Positions 27,900 to 37,225 of a stretch of DNA of 64,000 bases are shown here, piece by piece. Origin of the DNA: Bacillota bacterium (lineage in GTDB: Bacteria; Bacillota; DTU030; DUMP01); the NCBI GenBank assembly GCA_012799605.1, contig JAAZKX010000003.1, forward strand, positions 4,552 through 68,551. Reading direction: 5' to 3'. The notes below the pieces were generated by a model. It searched no databases and was not told where the DNA came from. It saw only the letters and a list, made by a program, of their open reading frames with translations. Within the stretch, counting starts at the first letter, position 1; every line of letters begins with the position of its first letter. A program made the translations under genes and the position numbers.

Positions 27900-28388
27900 T
27901 TAGCGACGCCGCCGGCGCCGTTTTCCTTTTCGGTAATTTTCTTCCTCACAATCACCGTCCCAGTAAGCCTTATCCCAAGTCCCGTATGATGCTGGCCGAG
28001 GACGTTGCGGCTGGCGATAACGCCGGCGCTCGATAGCGGCACGGACCCGCTGCCAGAATTGCACCGATCCTTGAACCTGTGCCCCGCGGCGCCCAGCACC
28101 GGCTTGTACTTCCAAATCTGAGCTGACCACCAATGTACCCGGGGCTGCTCGTGCTATTACCGCTGTATCGGCCGAAGGGGCGAATTGAACCCGGATACCG
28201 CCGCGGGCAAAATAGCTGCGGTTACCGGGGCCATCAAAGATCACGGTTATTTCATCCCCGCGGCCGCATTTATAGAGAAAAAGGCGGTCAAGAAGTGCCT
28301 CCCGCCCTGCCTCCAATGTACGGCTTTCGATATTAAGTAGCGCCGGAACCTGCCGAATCAAATTATAACCATCAATTATAATGTCCAC
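27900..28388 (-). CDS. NYN-domain protein of the YacP/Rae1-like family with Arg-rich tail
   Basis: 162 aa. N-terminus MDIIIDGYNLI, then ITVIFDG, SADTAVI and LVVSSDLEV blocks like YacP. C-terminal tail ...NYRKGKRRRRRR. Confidence 0.6.
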   Translation of the reverse strand: MDIIIDGYNLIRQVPALLNIESRTLEAGREALLDRLFLYKCGRGDEITVIFDGPGNRSYFARGGIRVQFAPSADTAVIARAAPGTLVVSSDLEVQAGAGRRGAQVQGSVQFWQRVRAAIERRRYRQPQRPRPASYGTWDKAYWDGDCEEENYRKGKRRRRRR

Positions 28389-28565
28389 CGGTTACACTTC
28401 CCCATCCTTTTTCTGCCTAAATTATATCTTATCAACTGATAAACAGCAACGGGCAGCGCATCAGCGGCTGAACAATGCTCACTCGCCTCGTTCTCGAGAT
28501 TGGATTAAAGCCATATATTGTCATTAGGCTGCAGTACCCATAACCGAGAATAGGGGGAATTAGTT

Positions 28566-28832
28566 TTGTCCTACAATAGTTTAGTGCTGGCTATGGCAGC
28601 CACCCGCTTGCTGGCTGGTTTGTTGGAGATCGGTGGGGCCACCTTAATGCTCCGGCTGGGGAAGGTGGAGCAAGCGTTTCAAGTCAATGCCTGGCTAGGC
28701 ATCATCGGGCCCACCATCTTTTTAGTAGTAAGCAGTCTGGGTCTGGCTGGAATGGTACATCAGGTCCCGCCGCTTAAGATCGTTTTACTCCTTGGGGCGG
28801 TTATCTTGATTATGCTGTCCGCTCTTTTGTAG
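28566..28832 (+). CDS. DUF2619 (YqhV-like) small membrane protein
   Basis: 88 aa, TTG start with GGGGGA RBS. Pattern TRLLAGLLEIGGATLMLRLGKVEQAFQVNAWLGIIGP resembles B. subtilis YqhV. Confidence 0.6.
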   Translation: MSYNSLVLAMAATRLLAGLLEIGGATLMLRLGKVEQAFQVNAWLGIIGPTIFLVVSSLGLAGMVHQVPPLKIVLLLGAVILIMLSALL

Positions 28833-28912
28833 GGGAACATGAAAAACGCCAGCGGCATATATTGAGCGCAGAGGCTGTAAATAGGATCAGCTAATCGACC
28901 GGCCTGACGATT

Positions 28913-29707
28913 ATGGCCGGGAAAAGAGGTGATTATTTGTCCAGGTATCTGCGCCAGATATTTATTTTGGGCACCCTGGCTATAGTTTGGGAACTGCTTG
29001 CACGCCTAGGTATTTGGCCCCAACTGCTATTTCCAACGGTAACCGATATTTTGTCGGCCCTGGTCGAAGAGCTCGCCAGCGGAGAGATCGCCAGCCGCAC
29101 TTGGTATTCACTATCTCTGATAGCTACCGGTTTAGGACTGGCCATTATAACCTCGTTTCTAGCCTCTTCCTTGGCTATGCTGTGGGGACCTTGGGCCGAT
29201 GGCCTTCAGACCGTGATGGCCGTACTTCACCCCTTGCCGTCTATCGCCATCCTGCCAATTTTGCTCCTTTGGTTCGGAGCCGGGGCGCACTCGATCATTA
29301 TTTTGATTGCTTTTTCTGCCTTTTGGCCCCTAACCGCCAGTATTTTGGGCGGGTTATGTTCAGTACCCCGCACTCAGATAGAAGTAGGATGCAATCTAGG
29401 CCTCACCGGCCTTAGACTGGTCAGTCAGGTCATGCTTCCGGCAGCCTTACCGGCTATCATATCCGGGCTGCGTGTCGGTTGGGCCCGGGCCTGGCAGGCT
29501 TCGGTCGCCGCAGAAATGGTTTTCGGCGCCTCCGGAAGTGAGGGCGGACTGGGCTGGTTTTTGTACAAACAGCGCTATTTCCTTGAAGTACCGAAAGTAT
29601 TTGCCGGTATGCTGGTTATTGTTTTCATCGGACTTCTGATCGAAAATATCCTCTTTAATTTGCTGGAGCGCCACACCATTGCTCGCTGGGGAATGAGCAT
29701 TAGATAA
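28913..29707 (+). CDS. ABC transporter permease (NitT/TauT, SsuC-like family)
   Basis: 264 aa, about 6 TM segments. EAA-like loop SVPRTQIEVGCNLGLTGLRLVSQVMLPAALPAIISGLRVG. Confidence 0.8.
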   Translation: MAGKRGDYLSRYLRQIFILGTLAIVWELLARLGIWPQLLFPTVTDILSALVEELASGEIASRTWYSLSLIATGLGLAIITSFLASSLAMLWGPWADGLQTVMAVLHPLPSIAILPILLLWFGAGAHSIIILIAFSAFWPLTASILGGLCSVPRTQIEVGCNLGLTGLRLVSQVMLPAALPAIISGLRVGWARAWQASVAAEMVFGASGSEGGLGWFLYKQRYFLEVPKVFAGMLVIVFIGLLIENILFNLLERHTIARWGMSIR

Positions 29708-29721
29708 GGGGTGATGATTAG

Positions 29722-30558
29722 ATGATACAAGTGGAATTCCAAGGCGTGGGTAAAACATTCCAGACCGGTAACCAAGAAATCGTCGCGCTGGACGATATTT
29801 GTTTACAGGTTCGGCAAGGTGAGTTCTGGACTATTATCGGGCCATCTGGTTCCGGCAAGACCACCTTACTCCGTTGCCTAGCCGGGTTTGAGTTTTTGAC
29901 AGCCGGGAAAATTTATGTCTCCGGGCACCAGGTTTCCGCCCCTGGACGGGATCGAATGATGGTTTTTCAGGACTTGGATCAGCTGTTTCCCTGGCGGACA
30001 GTGCTGAGCAATGTTATGCTAGCCCTTAAATTAGCCCAACCGGGAACGACCCCGGCCGAAAGAAAAAGTCTGGCCTTAGACTATCTTGATCTGATGGGTT
30101 TAATCGAATACGCTCATTTTTATCCTTATCAGCTGTCCGGTGGTATGAAGCAGCGGGTAGCCATCGCCCGGGCCCTGGGAGTTAAGCCCTCTGTGCTGCT
30201 GATGGATGAACCTTTCGGTAGTTTGGATGCCATTACCCGCTCCGGTTTACAAAAAGAATTGCTTCGGATCTGGCACGAAACTGGTGTGACCATTATTTTT
30301 GTTACTCATAATATAGAAGAAGCTTTGCTATTAGCTGACCAAATTGTGGTTTTAGCCCGCGGTGGTACTATACGGGCTGTAGTCAAGAACGTTCTGGCCC
30401 GGCCGCGCAGCACCAAAAACGCTTCCTTTACCACCGCCTGGCAGCATCTACACCATCTGCTCGAGCAATCCGGTTATCGGGGCCAGCCAGGTACCGCATC
30501 CCGGCCCAGCTTGGATCCGCGGCCGCTGGCTCGGCCACTGGGCCAAGCAACTTTATAA
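29722..30558 (+). CDS. ABC transporter ATP-binding protein (SsuB/TauB-like)
   Basis: Walker A GPSGSGKTT, signature LSGGMKQRV, Walker B LLMDEPF. Confidence 0.85.
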   Translation: MIQVEFQGVGKTFQTGNQEIVALDDICLQVRQGEFWTIIGPSGSGKTTLLRCLAGFEFLTAGKIYVSGHQVSAPGRDRMMVFQDLDQLFPWRTVLSNVMLALKLAQPGTTPAERKSLALDYLDLMGLIEYAHFYPYQLSGGMKQRVAIARALGVKPSVLLMDEPFGSLDAITRSGLQKELLRIWHETGVTIIFVTHNIEEALLLADQIVVLARGGTIRAVVKNVLARPRSTKNASFTTAWQHLHHLLEQSGYRGQPGTASRPSLDPRPLARPLGQATL

Positions 30559-30569
30559 CCCATAACAGA

Positions 30570-31433
30570 TTATGTGGAAGTGTACCGCGCTTGCACAACC
30601 CGAGGCCGACCCGCCAAATCCAGCACTGGCGGCAACACAGTAAAACCTGCAGCCGCCAACAGGCGGGAAACTTCATCCGCCTGCCCGGCTCCGACCTCAA
30701 ACAAAAGCCATCCGCGTGGCAATAGATACTTATGTATATCCGCTATTATCCGGCGGTAATAAAAAAGCCCGTCCGGGCCCCCATTTAGGGCCTCAGCCGG
30801 TTCCTGCTGCACTTCCGGCCCCAGCTGGCTAAGTTCTGGCGACGGAATATAAGGGGGGTTGGCCACCACCGAGTGAAACAGGGAGGCTTGATCTTGCGGT
30901 GGCCACAAATCAGCCCGGCAAAATTGGACCCGCTCGGCTACGCCATGGTAGCACGCATTCTGTTGGGCCAATTCAAGCGCAGCAGGTGAAATGTCAGTAG
31001 CTGTTATTCTAGCCCGGGGTAAATTCACAGCTAAGGAAATAGCTATTGCCCCGCAGCCAGTACCTATATCTAAGATGCTAGCAGTCGGTGCCAACAGTGT
31101 TTCCCTAACCAGCTCCAACACCCGCTCGACCAAAACCTCCGTCTCCGGACGTGGTATTAATGCTGCCGGGGTAACCTGTAACATCAACTTAAAAAATTCC
31201 CGTTTACCAACAAGATAGGCAACCGGCGTGCCCTGGGCACGCCGGTTGAGCATATGTTCCCAGTCGGGCATCAGCTGGGAGGGTAGCGGTGCCAATAGTT
31301 CCCGATAAAACTCCTCCCGGTTAAGACCCGTAATATGACGCAGCAATACTTCCGTATCCAAAACCGGGGTCTCGACCCCCGCCCGGCCTAAAAAGCGAGC
31401 CCCTCGATGCCAGGCCTCACGCAGCGTAATCAT
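30570..31433 (-). CDS. prmC: Release-factor glutamine N5-methyltransferase PrmC (HemK)
   Basis: 287 aa. SAM motif ILDIGTGCGAIA and catalytic VANPPYIP. Located 3 nt downstream of prfA. Confidence 0.9.
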   Translation of the reverse strand: MITLREAWHRGARFLGRAGVETPVLDTEVLLRHITGLNREEFYRELLAPLPSQLMPDWEHMLNRRAQGTPVAYLVGKREFFKLMLQVTPAALIPRPETEVLVERVLELVRETLLAPTASILDIGTGCGAIAISLAVNLPRARITATDISPAALELAQQNACYHGVAERVQFCRADLWPPQDQASLFHSVVANPPYIPSPELSQLGPEVQQEPAEALNGGPDGLFYYRRIIADIHKYLLPRGWLLFEVGAGQADEVSRLLAAAGFTVLPPVLDLAGRPRVVQARYTST

Positions 31434-31436
31434 AGC

Positions 31437-32513
31437 TTAGCCCAGTTGACGCATCTTTTCAGCCTGCTCAGTAGTAAGAAGCGGTTCAATAACAGGGTCC
31501 AAATCACCCTCCAGTACCGCCTCTAATTGATGTAAAGTCAAGCTGATGCGATGGTCTGTAATCCGATTTTGGGGAAAGTTGTAGGTCCGGATCCGCTCGC
31601 TACGGTCACCGGTACCGACCTGGCTCCGCCGGGTCTGTTCCAGCTCGGCCCGCTGCTCAGCCTGGGCAAGGTCAAATAAACGTGCTTTTAATACCCGCAT
31701 TGCTTTTTCCCGGTTTTTAATCTGGGATTTTTCATCTTGACAGGTAACTACAAGGCCGGAAGGCAGATGAGTAATCCTAACCGCGGAATAAGTTGTATTT
31801 ACGCTCTGCCCTCCTGGTCCGCTGGAGCAGAATGTATCGATCCGAAGGTCATTAGCATTGATCTGCACATCTACATCCTCGGCTTCGGGAAGCACTGCCA
31901 CTGTCACAGTCGACGTGTGTATCCGGCCTCCGGATTCGGTTACCGGGATCCTTTGGACTCGATGTACCCCGCTTTCGAATTTAAGGCGGCTGTAAGCCCT
32001 GCGACCGCTGACAGCAAAGACTGCCTCTTTAAAGCCGCCCAGTTCGGTTGGGTGGGAAGACAATATTTCCGTCCGCCAGTTTCGGCCTTCAGCATAGCGC
32101 TGATACATCCGAAACAGCTCACCGGCGAACAAAGCAGCTTCATCCCCGCCAGCCCCAGCCCTAATTTCCATAATAACGCCTTTTTCATCCAATGGATCCC
32201 GGGGCAAAAGCAAGAGCTTGAGTTCTTGCTCCAGCTTTTCTTTTTCTGCTAATAAATGCTCTATTTCATTTTCCACTAGGCTGATAAATTCGGCCTCGAG
32301 GTTTTGTTCTAGTAATTCCTTATTTTCAGCCAGTTCCCGTTCTATCTCCTTATGCCTACGGTACACAGTTACAATGGGTTCCAAACTGGCATAATCCTTC
32401 GCATGCTGCTGCCATTGATCCTGTTTGGCCAACACCTCCGGGTCAGCCATCAGCCGCCCCAAGTCTTCATAATTCTGTTCTATTTCTGCTAGCTTAGTAA
32501 ATATGGTGCTCAT
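31437..32513 (-). CDS. prfA: Peptide chain release factor 1
   Basis: 358 aa. PVT tripeptide ([15 protein letters not shown]) and GGQ motif ([11 protein letters not shown]). Confidence 0.95.
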   Translation of the reverse strand: MSTIFTKLAEIEQNYEDLGRLMADPEVLAKQDQWQQHAKDYASLEPIVTVYRRHKEIERELAENKELLEQNLEAEFISLVENEIEHLLAEKEKLEQELKLLLLPRDPLDEKGVIMEIRAGAGGDEAALFAGELFRMYQRYAEGRNWRTEILSSHPTELGGFKEAVFAVSGRRAYSRLKFESGVHRVQRIPVTESGGRIHTSTVTVAVLPEAEDVDVQINANDLRIDTFCSSGPGGQSVNTTYSAVRITHLPSGLVVTCQDEKSQIKNREKAMRVLKARLFDLAQAEQRAELEQTRRSQVGTGDRSERIRTYNFPQNRITDHRISLTLHQLEAVLEGDLDPVIEPLLTTEQAEKMRQLG

Positions 32514-33379
32514 AATCTCACCTCGGGTTCTCTGCGAACAACTTCCCGCAACGCCGCCAGCGCCACTTCAATTTGGTCCTCATCCGGTTCCCGGGTGGTT
32601 AGCTTTTGCAACCACAAACCGGGGCCGGCTAAAAGTCGAAGCAGCACTGATTTGCTGCGACCGGCCAAACGCAACCATTCATAAGATATTCCAGCCACCA
32701 AAGGCAATAACAATAGCCGAGATAGTATGCGCCAATAGATTGATGGCCAGCCGAGGAAAGCAAACAGTAAAATGCTGACCACCATTACATAGAGCAAAAA
32801 GCTAGTGCCGCAACGGGGATGCAAAGTGCTAAAACCTGAGACATCGGCCGCTTCAAGCGGCAAACCCTGCTGTTCAAAGGCATGCACCACCTTGTGCTCA
32901 GCCCCGTGGTACTCAAAAATCCTGCGCACATCCTTAACGAATGTAATGCTGACCACATACAGGAAAAATATCGCTAGCCGCAGCAATCCTTCGCCCAAAC
33001 TTAGCAGTACCGGGTTGCTGCCCTTACCCAGCCAGCGCATAAGAGCAGTAGGCAGTACAATGAACAGGCCCACCCCTAATAGTGCTGCTAGCAAAAAAGT
33101 TGCCGCAACCTCCTTAGCAGTAAGCTGCCCTTCGTCGCCGCCGAACTGGCCGGCTGAGAAATTAAGTGCCCGTAGGCCCAGCGACAACGAATACACCAAT
33201 GCCACTGCCCCACGTACTACCGGCCAACGCAAAAAACCAAGGTGGGCTGGCGGCGTCCACAGCCGTTGCACAGTGGTAACAATATTACCGTCATCACGGC
33301 GCACAGCAGTAGCCGCCCACGATTGCCCTCTCATCATTACGCCCTCAATCACCGCTTGCCCGCCCAACTGTTGGCCCAC
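32510..33379 (-). CDS. DUF1385 membrane protein (conserved prfA-upstream gene)
   Basis: 289 aa. N-terminus [13 protein letters not shown] and [15 protein letters not shown] blocks. Its stop overlaps the prfA start. Confidence 0.8.
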   Translation of the reverse strand: MGQQLGGQAVIEGVMMRGQSWAATAVRRDDGNIVTTVQRLWTPPAHLGFLRWPVVRGAVALVYSLSLGLRALNFSAGQFGGDEGQLTAKEVAATFLLAALLGVGLFIVLPTALMRWLGKGSNPVLLSLGEGLLRLAIFFLYVVSITFVKDVRRIFEYHGAEHKVVHAFEQQGLPLEAADVSGFSTLHPRCGTSFLLYVMVVSILLFAFLGWPSIYWRILSRLLLLPLVAGISYEWLRLAGRSKSVLLRLLAGPGLWLQKLTTREPDEDQIEVALAALREVVRREPEVRL

Positions 33380-33481
33380 ATTGTTTCCCCCTCACTTCTC
33401 CCTCGGGCTTCATCCCTACCCAGCGGCCTCAAAGCTGGAACAAAATAGGCCCAGCACTAAGTAGCAGAGCCTGACGCTCTG

Positions 33482-33682
33482 CTATTTGAGTCCATATCTT
33501 CTGGTAAAACGCTCTACCCGGCCGCCAGTATCTACGATTTTTTGCTGGCCGGTGAACAATGGGTGGCATTGAGAACAAATTTCCACCCGCAGGTTTTCTT
33601 TAGTGGAACCGGTTTTGAAAGACGCGCCACAAGCACACCTTACCACTGTTCTATAGTAAGGAGGATGAATTCCTTTTTTCAT
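33482..33682 (-). CDS. rpmE: 50S ribosomal protein L31 (Zn-binding type A)
   Basis: 66 aa. [10 protein letters not shown]..., cysteine pairs CACG and [10 protein letters not shown]. Confidence 0.95.
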   Translation of the reverse strand: MKKGIHPPYYRTVVRCACGASFKTGSTKENLRVEICSQCHPLFTGQQKIVDTGGRVERFTRRYGLK

Positions 33683-33719
33683 CGTTTGTCACCCTTTCTC
33701 TACATCTGGTACCACGTCA

Positions 33720-33749
33720 TTATAGCACAGCCGCGAATACCATTGCAAT
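33720..33749 (-). promoter_or_regulatory. Sigma-A-type promoter for rpmE
   Basis: Minus strand TTGCAA (33749-33744), 18-nt spacer, TGC-TATAAT extended -10 (33728-33720). Lies about 38 nt upstream of the ATG. Confidence 0.55.
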
Positions 33750-33940
33750 AATATAGTAATATGGCCCCAGCCCGCCGGCTTAAACGCATTACCCCGGAAG
33801 TTAACATTAGGCCGTAAAGGTATTTATCCCATCCAGAGCGAAATACTAATTGCCACCAGCGCTTAAAATTGGCCAGGGCCTTGCTGGCTTGGCTTAAAAC
33901 AGGCAACCCGGCTTTCCAATAACAAGCAGGAGGACTATAA

Positions 33941-35122
33941 ATGGATAACCAATACGATTTTGATACCCTGTGCATCCACGGCTCAAGCCCGGCTGCCCAT
34001 CCGCTGAACGCCTTAAATCCGCCGATATTTATGACCTCTACTTTTTCTTTTGCCGATGTTAGCACCGCCAAGGCCATTATGAACTTTGAACAAGAAGGCT
34101 TTATTTACAGCCGGGGCAATAATCCCACATTAAAATTATTTGAGCAGCGCCTGGCTACGTTAGAACGGGGGACAGATGCGGTAGCTTTTGCCTCCGGTAT
34201 GGCTGCCATATCCTCGGTACTGCTGTCTTTGCTAAAACCGGGAAACAATGTTATCGTCCATAAAACTCTTTACGGTTCAAGCTTCACGGTGGCCCATAAT
34301 CTTTTACCTAAATATGATATCGATTGTAAGAGCGTAGATTTTACCCAGCCCAAAATGGTAGCAGCAGCCATAGATGGCAACACAGCTGTTTTATATTTTG
34401 AAACCCCAGCCAACCCTAATTTAGCAGTAATTGATATTGAGCAGATCGTTGCGATCGCCAAGGCCCATAATCTGCGCGTTGTTGTCGATAATACTTTTGC
34501 TACCCCTTACTTTCAGCGCCCACTTTCATTCGGGGCCGATGTAGTGGTCCACAGCGCCACCAAATATATTTGCGGCCACGGTGATGCCCTCGGTGGCGTG
34601 GCTGTATCCCGGGATAAAGACTATATTCAAAAACTTAAATTCGACTATATGTGTGAATTAGGTGGAGTAATGAGCCCTTTTAACGCCTGGCTTATGCTCA
34701 GAGGCCTCAAAACCTTAGGCCTCAGGATGCGCCAGCACGAAGCCAACGCTCTTAAACTTGCCCGCTTTTTACAAGCGCATCCTAAAGTTACTCAAGTTAT
34801 GTATCCGGGCCTGCCCGATTTTGCCGGCTATGAATTAGCGCAAAAACAGATGGGCGGTTTCGGAGCCATGATAAGTTTTGAAGTCCAGGGCGGGCTTGAA
34901 GCAGCCCAAAAAATAGCCAGCCGCCTGCAACTGATTCAATTAGCAGTAAGCTTGGGCGATTGTGAAACTTTAATTGAGCTTCCCGCAGCTATGACCCATG
35001 CCCGTTATCCTCAAGAAAAACTGTCCGAGTTCGGGCTGTCCCCCAGCCTGCTTCGGCTGTCAGTGGGCGTCGAGTGTGTCGCAGATCTCATCCATGATTT
35101 GGAGCAAGCCCTGGCCTACTAA
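33941..35122 (+). CDS. Cys/Met-metabolism PLP enzyme (methionine gamma-lyase / cystathionine gamma-synthase family)
   Basis: 393 aa, RBS AGGAGGA. PLP-lysine block HSATKYICGHGD and LAVSLGDCETLIE near the C-terminus. Its stop overlaps the convergent stop of the next gene within CTAA. Confidence 0.85.
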   Translation: MDNQYDFDTLCIHGSSPAAHPLNALNPPIFMTSTFSFADVSTAKAIMNFEQEGFIYSRGNNPTLKLFEQRLATLERGTDAVAFASGMAAISSVLLSLLKPGNNVIVHKTLYGSSFTVAHNLLPKYDIDCKSVDFTQPKMVAAAIDGNTAVLYFETPANPNLAVIDIEQIVAIAKAHNLRVVVDNTFATPYFQRPLSFGADVVVHSATKYICGHGDALGGVAVSRDKDYIQKLKFDYMCELGGVMSPFNAWLMLRGLKTLGLRMRQHEANALKLARFLQAHPKVTQVMYPGLPDFAGYELAQKQMGGFGAMISFEVQGGLEAAQKIASRLQLIQLAVSLGDCETLIELPAAMTHARYPQEKLSEFGLSPSLLRLSVGVECVADLIHDLEQALAY

Positions 35123-35670
35123 ACAACCTCTATCCCCAACACGGTCTTCATTTGCTCTAAGGCAAAAAAATGAGCCTCTTCATCAAAACTAGCCACACCT
35201 TGAGCAAAAACCTTGGTCGGAACGTCACGATTAGCTAGCTCTTCGGCTGTAAAGTAACAGCAGATATTGGTACATACTCCTACCAGCCCTACCTCGGCCA
35301 CCGCTTGCCTCCCGTTATCCTCAGCCAGACCCAAATATTCTTCCAGATCAGTCCGGAAAAACCCACTGTAGCGATTCTTTTCCACCATATGCACCCGATC
35401 GGCGACCTTGGCAGTCAACAGCTGTTTTAACTCCGGCACCAATTGTTGACCCCAACTGCCCTCGAGGCAATGGGGCGGAAACTTAGCAAACTCGGCATCA
35501 TCTTCCTGATGGGTATCCAGCGTAAATACCACCTCATCCCCTTGTGCCAACGTTGCTTGGACCTTTGCGCGAACAAAGGGCAAAATATTGCGCGCCGCTG
35601 GCGAGCTGAGAGCCCCTTTTTTATCCACAAAATCATTTTGCATATCGACTACAATTAAAACCCGCCGCAT
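35119..35670 (-). CDS. Isochorismatase-family cysteine hydrolase (nicotinamidase-like)
   Basis: Start at ATG 35670 with GGAGGTG RBS. VLIVVDMQNDF and catalytic-Cys block LVGVCTNICC. Confidence 0.8.
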   Translation of the reverse strand: MRRVLIVVDMQNDFVDKKGALSSPAARNILPFVRAKVQATLAQGDEVVFTLDTHQEDDAEFAKFPPHCLEGSWGQQLVPELKQLLTAKVADRVHMVEKNRYSGFFRTDLEEYLGLAEDNGRQAVAEVGLVGVCTNICCYFTAEELANRDVPTKVFAQGVASFDEEAHFFALEQMKTVLGIEVV

Positions 35671-35811
35671 ACTAAACACCTCCGGTATCATACCTCTCTT
35701 ACTCTTATCATACTATAGCTACCAAAGGACAACAAGGTGGCTTTGTTGGATTTGGACGCTAATGAGCCCCCACCTACCCCGGTAAATAGGAGCTTTCGTC
35801 ACCCGATAACC

Positions 35812-37065
35812 TCAATTATGGGTAAAGCTACCGACCATCAGATGGGGAAAATTGGCCTGAAGCCGGGCTATTAAACCGGGAATCCCTAGCAGCCGCCCTT
35901 GGCGCGGGGGGACAATTTTTAAATAAAGATCGGGGTCAATATTTAAGTTACGCAGCTGGATTAAGTCCAGCGGGCATTCATCTATAAAATCTAGCAAAGC
36001 TTCCACTTCTTCTTCACGGTCGCTCAGGCCGGGGAATATTAAATAATTAAGCGACACTTTAACGCCTTCTTCAGCTGCAATTTTGAGACTTGTTTTTACT
36101 TGATTTAAGCTGTAGCCCCGGGGCCGCACATAGGAATTAAATATCTCTACCTGCGGGCTGATTAGGCTTATTCGTATGTTGTTCAAGCCAGCCCGGGCTA
36201 GATCCCGGACAACATCCGGACGGCTGCCGTTGGTATTGAGATTAATCAGCCCGGCATCAGTTTGGGCCCGCATGGCTGTTACAGCCTCAATTAGCAGCTT
36301 GCCCATCAAAAGCGGTTCCCCTTCGCAGCCTTGCCCAAAGCTGATGATAGCGCCCTCGGCTGCCACCAGGTGTGGTACAGCCACTTCGGTAATTTCCTCC
36401 ACCGATGGAACAAAATTAATCCGGTCTTGAGGCGAGGGACAAATCCCACTGATTTGTTTTGAAATACAACCCCAACAGCGAGCATTACACACAGGCGAAA
36501 CGGGTATTCCGCCTTCCCAGCGTCGATAAAAAATGTTTTGGGCAGTAAAGCAATTATAAACCAAAGCGCAATGAGCTAATTGGTTTAATATTTTATTGTG
36601 GGGATATTGTTTCAGCAACAGGTTAACCTTATTTTGGAGATCGGCCGTATTGTAATGATCCGGATCCCAGGCTGTATTGTCAGCTTCTACCCGTAATGCT
36701 GCCGCGTAAAGCCGGTTCCGATACGAAGATACTGCCGTATAGCCAAACAACGGTAAATAGTTGACCTCAGAAAGAGACGCCGCCGCTGGTAAATATGTAC
36801 GCGCATAACCCATCGGCAAAAGAGCTGCCACGGCATATAACGGGAGGCCGGATGTTGAAGCCTGCTGCAGCCATCCATTTTTATCCAACCCCAGCGCGGC
36901 CCGGTTTGGCAACAGGGATAAGCTCGATCCTGGCGGCAAAGGAATCCATTCCCGGTTAGATAAGGGCTTGATAATCTCCCCTGTTCTTCCTACTGCTGTT
37001 AGGCTGTTATCCCGATATAACCGCCCCTTGGCATCAGCGCCTACTACTTTAAAAACTGCACCCAA
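35812..37065 (-). CDS. Radical SAM protein with uncharacterised N-terminal domain of about 190 aa
   Basis: 417 aa. CxxxCxxC cluster motif CNARCWGC, GEPLL glycine-rich block, and TIM-barrel-like remainder. Confidence 0.75.
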   Translation of the reverse strand: MGAVFKVVGADAKGRLYRDNSLTAVGRTGEIIKPLSNREWIPLPPGSSLSLLPNRAALGLDKNGWLQQASTSGLPLYAVAALLPMGYARTYLPAAASLSEVNYLPLFGYTAVSSYRNRLYAAALRVEADNTAWDPDHYNTADLQNKVNLLLKQYPHNKILNQLAHCALVYNCFTAQNIFYRRWEGGIPVSPVCNARCWGCISKQISGICPSPQDRINFVPSVEEITEVAVPHLVAAEGAIISFGQGCEGEPLLMGKLLIEAVTAMRAQTDAGLINLNTNGSRPDVVRDLARAGLNNIRISLISPQVEIFNSYVRPRGYSLNQVKTSLKIAAEEGVKVSLNYLIFPGLSDREEEVEALLDFIDECPLDLIQLRNLNIDPDLYLKIVPPRQGRLLGIPGLIARLQANFPHLMVGSFTHN

Positions 37066-37178
37066 AAACTATCACCCACATTCTAATACTTAAAACCTGT
37101 CTATATCATTATTCAACCACCAGCGGCGGTTTCCTTGTTGGTTAAATTTATAGACCTATAATTTTAGCCCAAAGTAAG

Positions 37179-37211
37179 ACCGGCAGCCCGGGCCAGGCCC
37201 GGGCTGCCGGT
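37179..37211 (-). terminator. Strong GC hairpin downstream of the LysM-M23 gene (probable terminator)
   Basis: 15-bp stem (A)CCGGCAGCCCGGGC / GCCCGGGCTGCCGG(T) with a 3-nt loop. The minus-strand tail CUUACUUUGGG is only moderately U-rich. Confidence 0.5.
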
Positions 37212-37225
37212 AGTCAAGAGGTTCC

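Noticed and set aside
28389-28912. TPP or other riboswitch upstream of the binding-protein-less ABC transporter.
   Set aside because: No CTGAGA...ACCTGATCTGGATAATGCCAGCG-type TPP core or other recognisable riboswitch motif was seen by eye.
32805-33464. 219-aa plus-strand ORF. Similar long ORFs occur at 38482-39141, 5374-5844, 24448-24960, 1911-2339 and 11444-11806.
   Set aside because: All lie antisense to well-supported genes (DUF1385, glpX, fbp, MCP, glycosidase, dehydrogenase). Their Ser/Pro/Arg/Ala-rich, low-complexity translations are typical of shadow frames in GC-rich coding DNA.
33683-33940. Possible SAM (S-box) riboswitch or T-box upstream of the methionine gamma-lyase-family gene. 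A 125-aa minus-strand ORF (33700-34077) also lies here.
   Set aside because: I could not find the S-box core (GAGGGA...GCAACC...AGATGAG arrangement) or a GGGTGGNACCGCG T-box. Part of the gap is taken by the rpmE promoter. The minus-strand ORF spans that promoter and the start of the plus-strand gene, so it is spurious. A cmsearch would settle this.
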